Below are positions 55,036 to 63,070 of a DNA stretch of 64,000 nucleotides, piece after piece (positions within the stretch are counted from its first letter, which is position 1; each line of letters begins with the position of its first letter). Under the pieces are notes generated by a model. That model did no database searches and was not told the origin of the DNA. It saw only the letters and a list, made by a program, of their open reading frames with translations. Origin of the DNA: a virus; the IMG/VR virus record IMGVR_UViG_3300010244_000098; one strand, given 5' to 3'. Both the position numbers and the translations under genes were made by a program.

Positions 55036-56139
55036 ATGAAGAAATTCTTCGTCGCCCTGGGCTTGATTCTTCTTATTTTCGGCGGGACGACGTGGGCTTG
55101 GTCTTTATTCGCTAATGCTGTATCTACGGACAGTTACACGAATCGACAAACTACCGCCCGCTCTGAGGCACTATCCAGAGACGTGTCGCTAAGCAATCAA
55201 GAGCCTATCAGCGTATTATTTGTCGGAGCAGACTACGCTGAAGACGACCTTCAACGAAGCGACACACTGATCGTTGCCACTTTAAATCCAGAAAAAGAAA
55301 CAACAACCCTGACCAGTGTTCCCCGGGATACATGGGTGCCTACGACACAACCCAGCGGAGGCCGTGAGGAAGAAACAGTTGGATCTTTTGATAAAATTAA
55401 CCACAGTTACCACGAAGGGTTAAGGAACACACAAACAGCCATGGAAAACTTTCTGGGTATCCCCATTCATTATGCTGTAAGTATTGACATGGAAGGTGTT
55501 GAGAAAATCATCGATGCTTTAGGCGGGCTGGAACTTACGCCGGACCAATCCTTTACTCAATACGGCACGTCTTTTACCCAAGGGGAGAGCGAACGCTTTT
55601 CCGGAGGAGAAGTCATGAATTACGTCCGTATGCGGAAGCAGGACCCTAAAGGCGATATGGGACGTCAGGACCGACAACGCCAAGTCCTCCGGGCGCTTGC
55701 CAAGCAGTTCGGATTCAGCGACGCGCTCCGGGGCAGTATGGACCTTATGGCTATTTCTCAGGATCATATTCAAACCAATGTTGATATTCCAGCGTTGTTT
55801 CAACTCTACCGGCATTATCAACCAAGTTTACATACCGTGGAATCTATTCCGTTTACCCAGTATCAATCACTGACTGTAGACAGCGTATCCTACGTCCATA
55901 TACCGGATTCACACCGCTATACTATACATAAAACATTAAACCGGCAGTTGGGTACAGATCATTCATTCCACCCTATTGTTTATCCGACCGATATCATTTC
56001 GAACCAGCGTTTTAATCAGGATTTATTACGAAGTGTCGTTCCTGGATATCTGACCAAGTCTGACCAATCTCTCGATTCGCCTGCAGACACATCACAAACC
56101 TATACAGAAAGGACTTCTACTTATGACAATGATTTATAA
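55036..56139 (+). CDS. LCP (LytR-CpsA-Psr) family glycopolymer-peptidoglycan transferase
   Basis: N-terminal TM; VLFVGAD, RSDTLIVATLNP, SVPRDTWV, KINHSY, YVRMRK..KGDMGRQDRQRQVL. Confidence 0.92.
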   Translation: MKKFFVALGLILLIFGGTTWAWSLFANAVSTDSYTNRQTTARSEALSRDVSLSNQEPISVLFVGADYAEDDLQRSDTLIVATLNPEKETTTLTSVPRDTWVPTTQPSGGREEETVGSFDKINHSYHEGLRNTQTAMENFLGIPIHYAVSIDMEGVEKIIDALGGLELTPDQSFTQYGTSFTQGESERFSGGEVMNYVRMRKQDPKGDMGRQDRQRQVLRALAKQFGFSDALRGSMDLMAISQDHIQTNVDIPALFQLYRHYQPSLHTVESIPFTQYQSLTVDSVSYVHIPDSHRYTIHKTLNRQLGTDHSFHPIVYPTDIISNQRFNQDLLRSVVPGYLTKSDQSLDSPADTSQTYTERTSTYDNDL

Positions 56140-56770
56140 TTTCATTGCCCGTATTGCACCGGGTGTACCCGACTGGGTGTTATCCATGTTCAACGAAACG
56201 CCTGAAAACCAAGTGATTTTTTGGTTTCATGCTCTCTTATTCGCTCTTATATTGCTCGGTTCTTATTTACTGACGGCTATGGAGCGACGGTACGGCAAGA
56301 CGTTACTGCTCGCTTTTCTTACAGGGTGGATCAACTGGGTTCCGTTCCAGAACAGTATGTACACGTTCAGCTCTGACACCAACCCTATGCTTGCAGACGT
56401 GCCGTTTTTCCAAACAGGAGACGGTATTGCCCTTTTCCTCCAGTGGCTGGCCGGAATCGTATTCCTCGCCGGGTTCCTTCGTTTCTTATTCGCTGTGTTT
56501 TTCATTGCTCCGCTCAAACGCCGTCAATACCGGCACGAGGGAAGCTATTACCGGAAACAAGCAGAGAAAGAACGAGCGAAAGCCCGAAAGAAACAAGCCA
56601 AAGAACAGCGTAAACGACAACAGGAAAAAGAAAAACAAAACAAAGAAGCACCCAAACCAAAGAAACAGACGAAACAACAGGCGCCAGTTCAACCGCAACC
56701 TGATCATCAGCCTTCTCCTTTTACCGATGATAAAAAAGGAAGCAAAGATGATTTGGACTTTTACCTGTAA
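56123..56770 (+). CDS. Membrane protein with a charged C-terminal tail
   Basis: Three hydrophobic segments, then a K/Q/E-rich tail; overlaps the LCP stop. Confidence 0.7.
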   Translation: MTMIYNFIARIAPGVPDWVLSMFNETPENQVIFWFHALLFALILLGSYLLTAMERRYGKTLLLAFLTGWINWVPFQNSMYTFSSDTNPMLADVPFFQTGDGIALFLQWLAGIVFLAGFLRFLFAVFFIAPLKRRQYRHEGSYYRKQAEKERAKARKKQAKEQRKRQQEKEKQNKEAPKPKKQTKQQAPVQPQPDHQPSPFTDDKKGSKDDLDFYL

Positions 56771-56780
56771 GACGAGACAC

Positions 56781-56812
56781 AAAAAGACAAGCCGCAAAGG
56801 GCTTGTCTTTTT
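56781..56812. terminator. Bidirectional intrinsic terminator
   Basis: Perfect 13-bp AAAAAGACAAGCC-gcaaag-GGCTTGTCTTTTT between convergent genes. Confidence 0.88.
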
Positions 56813-59451
56813 TATTTGGCCTCAGCCGTTTTCGCTTGGAATCGAACCCGGCCGTCCGAACCGATATCCATCACGACAGGGTGTCCTTGAACGACGTCGC
56901 CTGACAGAACCGCCTTGGAGAACGGAACCTCAATTTGTTGTTGGATAAACCGGTTGAATGGCCGTGCCCCGTAACGGGGGTCATAGGCTTGTTGGGCAAT
57001 CCATTGAACAAGTTGTTTCGTATACTGAATGCGGTACCTTTGTTGAGCCATTCGTTCAACAAAGCGGTGCAATTGTTTATTAACGATCATACCCGATACG
57101 TTAGCGCCCAGTGGATTAAAGAGCAACTGCTCATCGATCCGGTTAAGAAACTCCGGTCGGAAATGACCTTCCACAATAGTTCGGACGTGGTTCCGTGTTG
57201 AATCGGCATATCCTCGGCCGTTCAACGCCTGTTGATCCTGCATCATCTGCGGAGAACCCAAGTTGCTGGTCAAAATAACCAATGTCTGCGTAAAATCAAC
57301 AATGTTACCCTTTCCGTCCGTCACTCGACCATCGTCAAGGAGTTGGAGCAAGGAGTCAAAAATGGCCGTGTGCGCTTTTTCAACCTCGTCGAACAAAATG
57401 ACGCTGTAAGGTTGTTGACGCACGGCTTCAGTCAATTGCCCGCCCTGATCGTAACCGACATAGCCGGGTGGTGCTCCGATCAACCGGTTCACACTGTGTT
57501 TTTCCATATATTCTGACATGTCAATTCGAATCATTGCGTCTTCTGTATCAAACAACTGACTGGCCAAAGCCTTTGCCAATTCTGTTTTTCCTGTCCCTGA
57601 AGGGCCGAGGAATAAAAAAGAACCAAGAGGCCGGTCATCGCTTTGGACGCCCACACGGCTTCGAATCACAGTGTTGGACACCGCTTCAACGGCTTCTTCC
57701 TGACCAATCACCCGTTGTTTGAGCACTTTATCCATATCCAACAATTTTGATTTGTCGTCGGCCATCAGTTTATTCAGCGGAATGCCGGTTTTTGAAGCAA
57801 TCACGCTGGCCACTTCTTCTTCACCCACGCTTTCAGACATTAACGCCTTTCCGCCGGTCTGCTGATCAAACGACGTTGTCATCTGGTCTAACCGACGTTC
57901 TAATTCAGGAATAATCTCCGACTGCAGATTAGCCACTTTATCTTTATCATAGGCTTCTTTCGCCGACGTCAATCGTTTCCGGGCAACAAGCAGTTTATCC
58001 CTGACGTCACTGATTGATTTGAGAGCCTGCTTTTCTTTCTTCCAGCGCTCATTTAATTGTCGTCCTTCGGCTTTAGCCTTGTCGAGTTTTTGAGCGACTT
58101 CCTGTGCCTGCTCCCGGCTCACCGGGTCTGTTTCGTTTTTCAAGGCGTCCAGACGCACACCGAGTTGGAGCACCGTGTTCTTTAACTCATTCAACGGTTC
58201 GGGAACCGAATCCTTTTGGACATTCACTTCCGAACAGGCTTGGTCGATCATGTCGATCGCCTTATCCGGCAAATACCGGTCTCCGATGTATCGGTCGGAC
58301 AGTTCAACCGCTGACACTAACGCTCTATCATGAATACGTACGTGGTGAAACTCCTCAAATCCATCTTTTAAACCACGCAGTATGTGTGTTGCGTCTTCTA
58401 AACTCGGTTCAGCCACACGAACAGGTTGAAACCGTCGGGCCAACGCCGTGTCCGGTTCGATGTATTTTTTGTATTCGTCGTTTGTTGTGGCCCCGATAAT
58501 GGCGACCTCACCCCGTGCCAGTTCCGGTTTTAACGCATTACTGACATCACCCGAGCCGCTCGCTCCGGCTCCGACAATAGTGTGGACTTCATCAATCAAT
58601 AGAACAATTTGTCCATTGCCTGATTTCACTTCTTTAACGATGTTCTGCAGGCGCTTTTGAAGGTCCCCCTGATACTTCGCCCCGGACAGCAAACTTTGCA
58701 TATCTAAAGAAATAATCTGCTTGCCTAACAATTTATCGGGCACCTGTCCTTTGACGATTCGTTGAGCCAGTCCTTCAGCAAGCGCCGTTTTTCCGACCCC
58801 GGCCTCTCCAACAAGAACAGGATTGTTCTTCGTTCGCTGGCTCAAGGTGTTCACCATGAGGCCGATTTCTCTATCCCGGCCGATAATTGGGTCCATTCGT
58901 CCCCGTTTCGCCTCCGCCGTCAAGTTCTTCCCGAATTGTTTCAAATAAGGAAATACCCGCTCGGCTTCACTTTGTATCGTCCCCCCGCTTGCACGGATTT
59001 GACGCAATTTCTGCTCCGCCTGCTGATAATCGGCGTACTGTCTCAGCCACTGGGCCGACGCATTGTTCTTCGCACCAAACAATGTAACCAACACCACTTC
59101 ACTGGACAAATAAGAATCTCCGTAGTGACCTGCTAAACGGGCTGATTCCTCCAGTAAAGCAGACATCTCTTTGCTTACTTTGCTTTTCGATGTTCCTTTT
59201 TTCTTTTTGAGTTTTTGAAGAAACGACGGTTCTTTCTTGTCCCCATTATCGGTCCCTTCTGCCTTCACATAGGCTTTGAGTTCATTCAAAGGAACATTCA
59301 AACTCGCCAGGAATTGAGCTCCTAACGACCCCTGTTGAAGCATACCCCACAGGAGATGATGCACGTCGACGGGGAGGTCGCCTCGTTGAACAGCCCATTT
59401 GTGACCGCTCTTAATGGCCCCTTTCAAAGCGCTTGTTGTTTGGATCCCCAT
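56812..59451 (-). CDS. clpB: ClpB-type disaggregase (Clp/Hsp100 ATPase no. 3)
   Basis: Clp-N repeats; MDPIIGRD, KNNPVLVGEAGVGKT, GAKYQG, IDEVH, ALARRFQ, YLPDKAID; M-domain coiled coil; LGPSGTGKT, IGAPPGYVGY, LFDEVEKAH, FRPEFLNRID, YGARP. Confidence 0.93.
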   Translation of the reverse strand: MGIQTTSALKGAIKSGHKWAVQRGDLPVDVHHLLWGMLQQGSLGAQFLASLNVPLNELKAYVKAEGTDNGDKKEPSFLQKLKKKKGTSKSKVSKEMSALLEESARLAGHYGDSYLSSEVVLVTLFGAKNNASAQWLRQYADYQQAEQKLRQIRASGGTIQSEAERVFPYLKQFGKNLTAEAKRGRMDPIIGRDREIGLMVNTLSQRTKNNPVLVGEAGVGKTALAEGLAQRIVKGQVPDKLLGKQIISLDMQSLLSGAKYQGDLQKRLQNIVKEVKSGNGQIVLLIDEVHTIVGAGASGSGDVSNALKPELARGEVAIIGATTNDEYKKYIEPDTALARRFQPVRVAEPSLEDATHILRGLKDGFEEFHHVRIHDRALVSAVELSDRYIGDRYLPDKAIDMIDQACSEVNVQKDSVPEPLNELKNTVLQLGVRLDALKNETDPVSREQAQEVAQKLDKAKAEGRQLNERWKKEKQALKSISDVRDKLLVARKRLTSAKEAYDKDKVANLQSEIIPELERRLDQMTTSFDQQTGGKALMSESVGEEEVASVIASKTGIPLNKLMADDKSKLLDMDKVLKQRVIGQEEAVEAVSNTVIRSRVGVQSDDRPLGSFLFLGPSGTGKTELAKALASQLFDTEDAMIRIDMSEYMEKHSVNRLIGAPPGYVGYDQGGQLTEAVRQQPYSVILFDEVEKAHTAIFDSLLQLLDDGRVTDGKGNIVDFTQTLVILTSNLGSPQMMQDQQALNGRGYADSTRNHVRTIVEGHFRPEFLNRIDEQLLFNPLGANVSGMIVNKQLHRFVERMAQQRYRIQYTKQLVQWIAQQAYDPRYGARPFNRFIQQQIEVPFSKAVLSGDVVQGHPVVMDIGSDGRVRFQAKTAEAK

Positions 59452-59454
59452 GCG

Positions 59455-59724
59455 TTACTCCTCCTCTTTAGAGCCACTCAATTTCTTTCGTATCACCTTT
59501 AATCGTTCCGTATGATACTCCACGTCGTCAATGGTTGCTTGATGTTGATTGCGTAAATCATCCGCTGCTTCTTTCAGACGCTGTACCGCTTCGTTGTTCA
59601 AAGACAATTCTCCGGCTGTGATTTGTTTTTTGTATGTCGTCATTTCTTCGCCCAACGCTTGCAGGGCTGCCTTCATTTCTTCAGGACGTGTCGATACGTC
59701 TCCGGTTGGTTGTTGGTTTGTCAA
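59455..59724 (-). CDS. Small coiled-coil protein upstream of clpB
   Basis: 89-aa helical ORF coupled to clpB. Confidence 0.65.
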   Translation of the reverse strand: MTNQQPTGDVSTRPEEMKAALQALGEEMTTYKKQITAGELSLNNEAVQRLKEAADDLRNQHQATIDDVEYHTERLKVIRKKLSGSKEEE

Positions 59725-59759
59725 AAAACCCCTTCTTTCTTAGGAAATAATCTACTTTC

Positions 59760-59830
59760 AGTATACCAAAACCCTATTCATAGAGGCAATACGCACGGGG
59801 TTGCCTTAAAAACAGCCCTTTTCGTATAAT
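59760..59830. promoter_or_regulatory. Symmetric divergent sigmaA-like promoter pair
   Basis: Minus strand: TTGCCT (59784-59789), 18 bp, TATACT (59760-59765). Plus strand: TTGCCT (59801-59806), 18 bp, TATAAT (59825-59830). Confidence 0.65.
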
Positions 59831-59877
59831 GAAGCCATGACGCTTTCCCCTACTAACAAAAGAAAGGGTGTTGTTTT

Positions 59878-60285
59878 TTGACGATTGATCAATTCAAACG
59901 AGCTTTAAACCAAACCGACCATATCTACTTTCTGGAAGACCCCGTTCATAACCAACTCTCCTTGCATACGCTCGGAGAAGGAGTTTTGATAACAGGCGAC
60001 CTCACTCGAGAAACCCCGTTTGCCCACGTGGCCGTGGCCACACTACATATACCCGATTCTGAGAAAACTCTTTTGAACGAAGCGATACGAACGCTCCACC
60101 AAACCCCTGTTGCCCGCAGGAACATTGATTCCTGGCGAAAAGAATCTGCCAAAGACATTTACTCCGCGAACGAACAAACACTGAAGCATGAACCGCTCAG
60201 TGCTTTACAAAAGCACTGGCTAAATGAAGATCAGAGGAAACTCAAGTCTATCATTACCAAGAAAGGAACGAAAAGATATGCCTAA
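59878..60285 (+). CDS. Hypothetical protein
   Basis: TTG start after AAAGGG; overlaps the next gene. Confidence 0.6.
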   Translation: MTIDQFKRALNQTDHIYFLEDPVHNQLSLHTLGEGVLITGDLTRETPFAHVAVATLHIPDSEKTLLNEAIRTLHQTPVARRNIDSWRKESAKDIYSANEQTLKHEPLSALQKHWLNEDQRKLKSIITKKGTKRYA

Positions 60286-60640
60286 AGTTGATATTGTAGT
60301 GGAAAAAGAAACATTCAACGATGACATATTCGTTGAAAGAGATGAACAGGGTCATGCCTTTTGGTTAGGAAACGTTCAGGACGTCCACGGTTATTGGTGC
60401 AGTGGTTATATCAAACACAGCTCCAACCCTTACAACAATACGCTTATGATCGAAGACTCCTTCGGAGAAATTCATGTGTTGTTCAAAAAGGCTCTGGGAT
60501 TAACCTTAGGATTCCCGACCAAAACACGGGACCGAAACGGAAAACACCGTCGACCTGAAGGGTTCGTTCAGCCGGACTTCCCTGTTAAGAAACGAGCCGA
60601 TCAACCGATTAAACGTCGCCATCAAGGTATTACAACATAA
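60278..60640 (+). CDS. Hypothetical protein
   Basis: Start moved to ATG 60278 (GAAAGGA RBS). Confidence 0.6.
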   Translation: MPKVDIVVEKETFNDDIFVERDEQGHAFWLGNVQDVHGYWCSGYIKHSSNPYNNTLMIEDSFGEIHVLFKKALGLTLGFPTKTRDRNGKHRRPEGFVQPDFPVKKRADQPIKRRHQGITT

Positions 60641-60646
60641 TCATAC

Positions 60647-60688
60647 AAAAAACCCCTCCGGGCTATTCCGGAAGGGTTTCTTTTTTTA
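60647..60688. terminator. Bidirectional intrinsic terminator
   Basis: AAACCCTCCGG-gctatt-CCGGAAGGGTTT flanked by A/T runs. Confidence 0.75.
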
Positions 60689-62512
60689 TTGGAAAGGATC
60701 AGACTCATACACGCCATTGCTCGGAGCTTGACGTTCTTTTACAGCAGTCTGGCCTGCTTGATTCTGTGCTTGGCTAACCTGTCGGTCGTTAGCCTGCAAG
60801 GCCCGTTTCAATGCTTCTCGTTCATGGTCTTTCTCTGAACCATCCGGAACAAACGGATCCGCTTCCGGAGACACTTGTGTTTTATCGCTCACATGAAGCA
60901 GGTAATGATTAATGCCGTATGCGTCCGGCTCTTTCGGGTCAACGTCCAGTGCCCGCACGTCGCGGTTTTTACTGTCTTTGGTCATAGCGACCATTTCGTC
61001 TTTGAATGCCGGGGTCAACCGACGGTCATGCTGAACCAGTAACGACCGGTCAGGCATGTTATGTAGGTCCAGTTCTTTCATGCTCAATTGATCTCGATGT
61101 TGGTACACGGCCTTTTTCAATCCGGCAGGCGCATTTTTGGCCACATGAATTACAGCCTCCCGTCCGTCGTCTTTCGCTTCGTCGGCAAATCGCCGTGCGG
61201 CCTCTGAAGCTCTTTGTTGTCCGCGGGGTGTTAGATTCTCGCCTGCATGAAAGCTCACTTCCAAGGGTTCTTTGATGTTGGTACTCGGTTCATCTTCTTC
61301 AACGTCAACCACCGGGTCGTCAACAGAGGAGAAATCCATACTTCGCACGTCTTCAATGTTCTGAGTCTGCCCCGAAGAAAAAGGGTTCTCATTAAACACA
61401 GCCGGATCGTCTATGGGCTCTTTCGCTCCCTTGTTTTGCGGAGAGGTTTGTTCCGCATCCTTCTGCAGAGCCTGTTCTTTCTCGATTTCATTGCGCCGGA
61501 CATTCTCAACAGCATTTCCTAAGCGGTTGTTGGTGTCGGGGTTGGTTTCTTGAATATGAAACGGCTCGTTGTTCCACGCCGCATCCCGACCAGCTTTTGT
61601 TACGTCACGAAGGGAGACTCCGATACCTAACTCAGCGTTTTCGTCCGCATAAGCCAACCGATAACCTTTTGTTTGTTTCAACGCGTCTTTAAGGCCCCGG
61701 TTGTTGTCCATTTTCGCCTGGACGATTGACTGAATGGCACTGTCTTTCCGCTCGTTCCACTGTTCTTGATTGTCATGATCTTTGTAGGGATCTTTTAACA
61801 ATCCTTTTCGTGCTAATTCATCCCGGTTCATCGGTTCACGGGTTAGAGACAATGCCCGGTTGACGTCATTAAAGTACAGGGCTTTGGCGTACTGAAGGGC
61901 TTGTGTTCCACTGCCCATTTCCTGCTCGTCATATGTAAATTCGTGCGGTGAATCGAAATGAAGCGCATCATTTTCTCCTCCGACGTATAGTGTTTTTGAA
62001 CTCTCATCACTAAAAGAATACAAGGGTTGGTCAGACGCTGTATCAAGATATACGGCCCTGTCTTCCAATCGTTGTTGAATAATGCTCTCCCGCTCTGCTT
62101 CCGGGTTCTTACTCGCGTTATTTTCCCGGAGGGGCTCAATGGATTCATTGAACACACTCGGGTGCGTCACGTCCAGTGGAATATCCTGCAGATCCTCAGG
62201 CGTTGCTATTCCTCGGCGCTTAGCATCATGGATAGCGTCGTTGCGGATCATGGATAAATATTTCGTTTGTTCAAATGAACGGAGCACTCCCGTGCCCAAA
62301 TGGTCTTCCAATTGCTGTTGTTTGGTGTCGTCCTGCAAATCAGCAAAAACCGTTCCTTCAAATGCTCCACCCTTGCTGAATTCATTTTTCTGCTGTTCAC
62401 TCAACCCGGGCATATCCTTCATGGCCGTTTGAAACAAATAATGCTCAAGAGCCAGTTCTTTTTCCGTCGTTTGTTCTCTATCTTCAAGTCGTTCGCGACT
62501 GGGTATTCCCAT
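60686..62512 (-). CDS. Multidomain protein with a central NADAR (YbiA-like) domain, apparently degenerate
   Basis: FTYDEQEMGSGTQALQYAKALYFND...QWNERK..AIQSIVQAKMDNNRGLKDALKQT....LAYADENAELGIG...NRLGNAVENVR follows the NADAR pattern. Confidence 0.65.
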   Translation of the reverse strand: MGIPSRERLEDREQTTEKELALEHYLFQTAMKDMPGLSEQQKNEFSKGGAFEGTVFADLQDDTKQQQLEDHLGTGVLRSFEQTKYLSMIRNDAIHDAKRRGIATPEDLQDIPLDVTHPSVFNESIEPLRENNASKNPEAERESIIQQRLEDRAVYLDTASDQPLYSFSDESSKTLYVGGENDALHFDSPHEFTYDEQEMGSGTQALQYAKALYFNDVNRALSLTREPMNRDELARKGLLKDPYKDHDNQEQWNERKDSAIQSIVQAKMDNNRGLKDALKQTKGYRLAYADENAELGIGVSLRDVTKAGRDAAWNNEPFHIQETNPDTNNRLGNAVENVRRNEIEKEQALQKDAEQTSPQNKGAKEPIDDPAVFNENPFSSGQTQNIEDVRSMDFSSVDDPVVDVEEDEPSTNIKEPLEVSFHAGENLTPRGQQRASEAARRFADEAKDDGREAVIHVAKNAPAGLKKAVYQHRDQLSMKELDLHNMPDRSLLVQHDRRLTPAFKDEMVAMTKDSKNRDVRALDVDPKEPDAYGINHYLLHVSDKTQVSPEADPFVPDGSEKDHEREALKRALQANDRQVSQAQNQAGQTAVKERQAPSNGVYESDPFQ

Positions 62513-62527
62513 TCAACATCATCCTTT

Positions 62528-62944
62528 CTATAACCCTGCGTCCGGTCCGTCCGGATTCTTCCCTTTTGATTGAGACGGATTATTCTTCCCTTTTGGGGGT
62601 TGCTCTTTACGAAGCAAAGACCCCAACAGTTCCCGCTCGTTTTGACTTAACGAGTCTATCGAACGTGTTTTGGTCTCCTTCTCTTTTGTTTTGTCAGGAA
62701 ACTGCTCCAATGTTTCTTGAATATCGGATAGTTCAACGTCCCATGACAAAGAATCTTCACTATGTATGTCGCTTTCGATCCCGTATTCCGCCAACGATTG
62801 GATATACTCCTCCTTATTTTTCGGTTCATAAGCAGGTTTGGTCCGCACGTATGCGAGAGGCGTTAATCCTTTCTTATTGGCTTGTTGCTGTACTTGTTTC
62901 ATGGACGACTGAATCCGTTCAATCGTCGGGTGTGTTCGATCCAT
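62528..62944 (-). CDS. Hypothetical protein (138 aa)
   Basis: AAGGAGGG RBS; ends ...PDGPDAGL. Confidence 0.7.
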   Translation of the reverse strand: MDRTHPTIERIQSSMKQVQQQANKKGLTPLAYVRTKPAYEPKNKEEYIQSLAEYGIESDIHSEDSLSWDVELSDIQETLEQFPDKTKEKETKTRSIDSLSQNERELLGSLLRKEQPPKGKNNPSQSKGKNPDGPDAGL

Positions 62945-62983
62945 GTGTCACCCTCCTTATTCTTCTGGTTACTTTCTGATTCC

Positions 62984-63024
62984 AGTGTAGCATACGCCCA
63001 CGGTTGTATTTGATTTTTTTCACA
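62984..63024 (-). promoter_or_regulatory. Promoter with extended -10 and TGTGAAAAA box
   Basis: Minus strand: TGTGAAAAAAA...aTGcTACACT (-10 at 62984-62989); box at the same offset as in the RNAP promoter. Confidence 0.5.
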
Positions 63025-63028
63025 CACA

Positions 63029-63053
63029 AAAACGACAGGATACATCCTGTCGT
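63029..63053 (-). terminator. Intrinsic terminator
   Basis: Perfect ACGACAGGA-taca-TCCTGTCGT with a T-run on the minus strand. Confidence 0.8.
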
Positions 63054-63070
63054 CACTTGTTTGTATTCTT

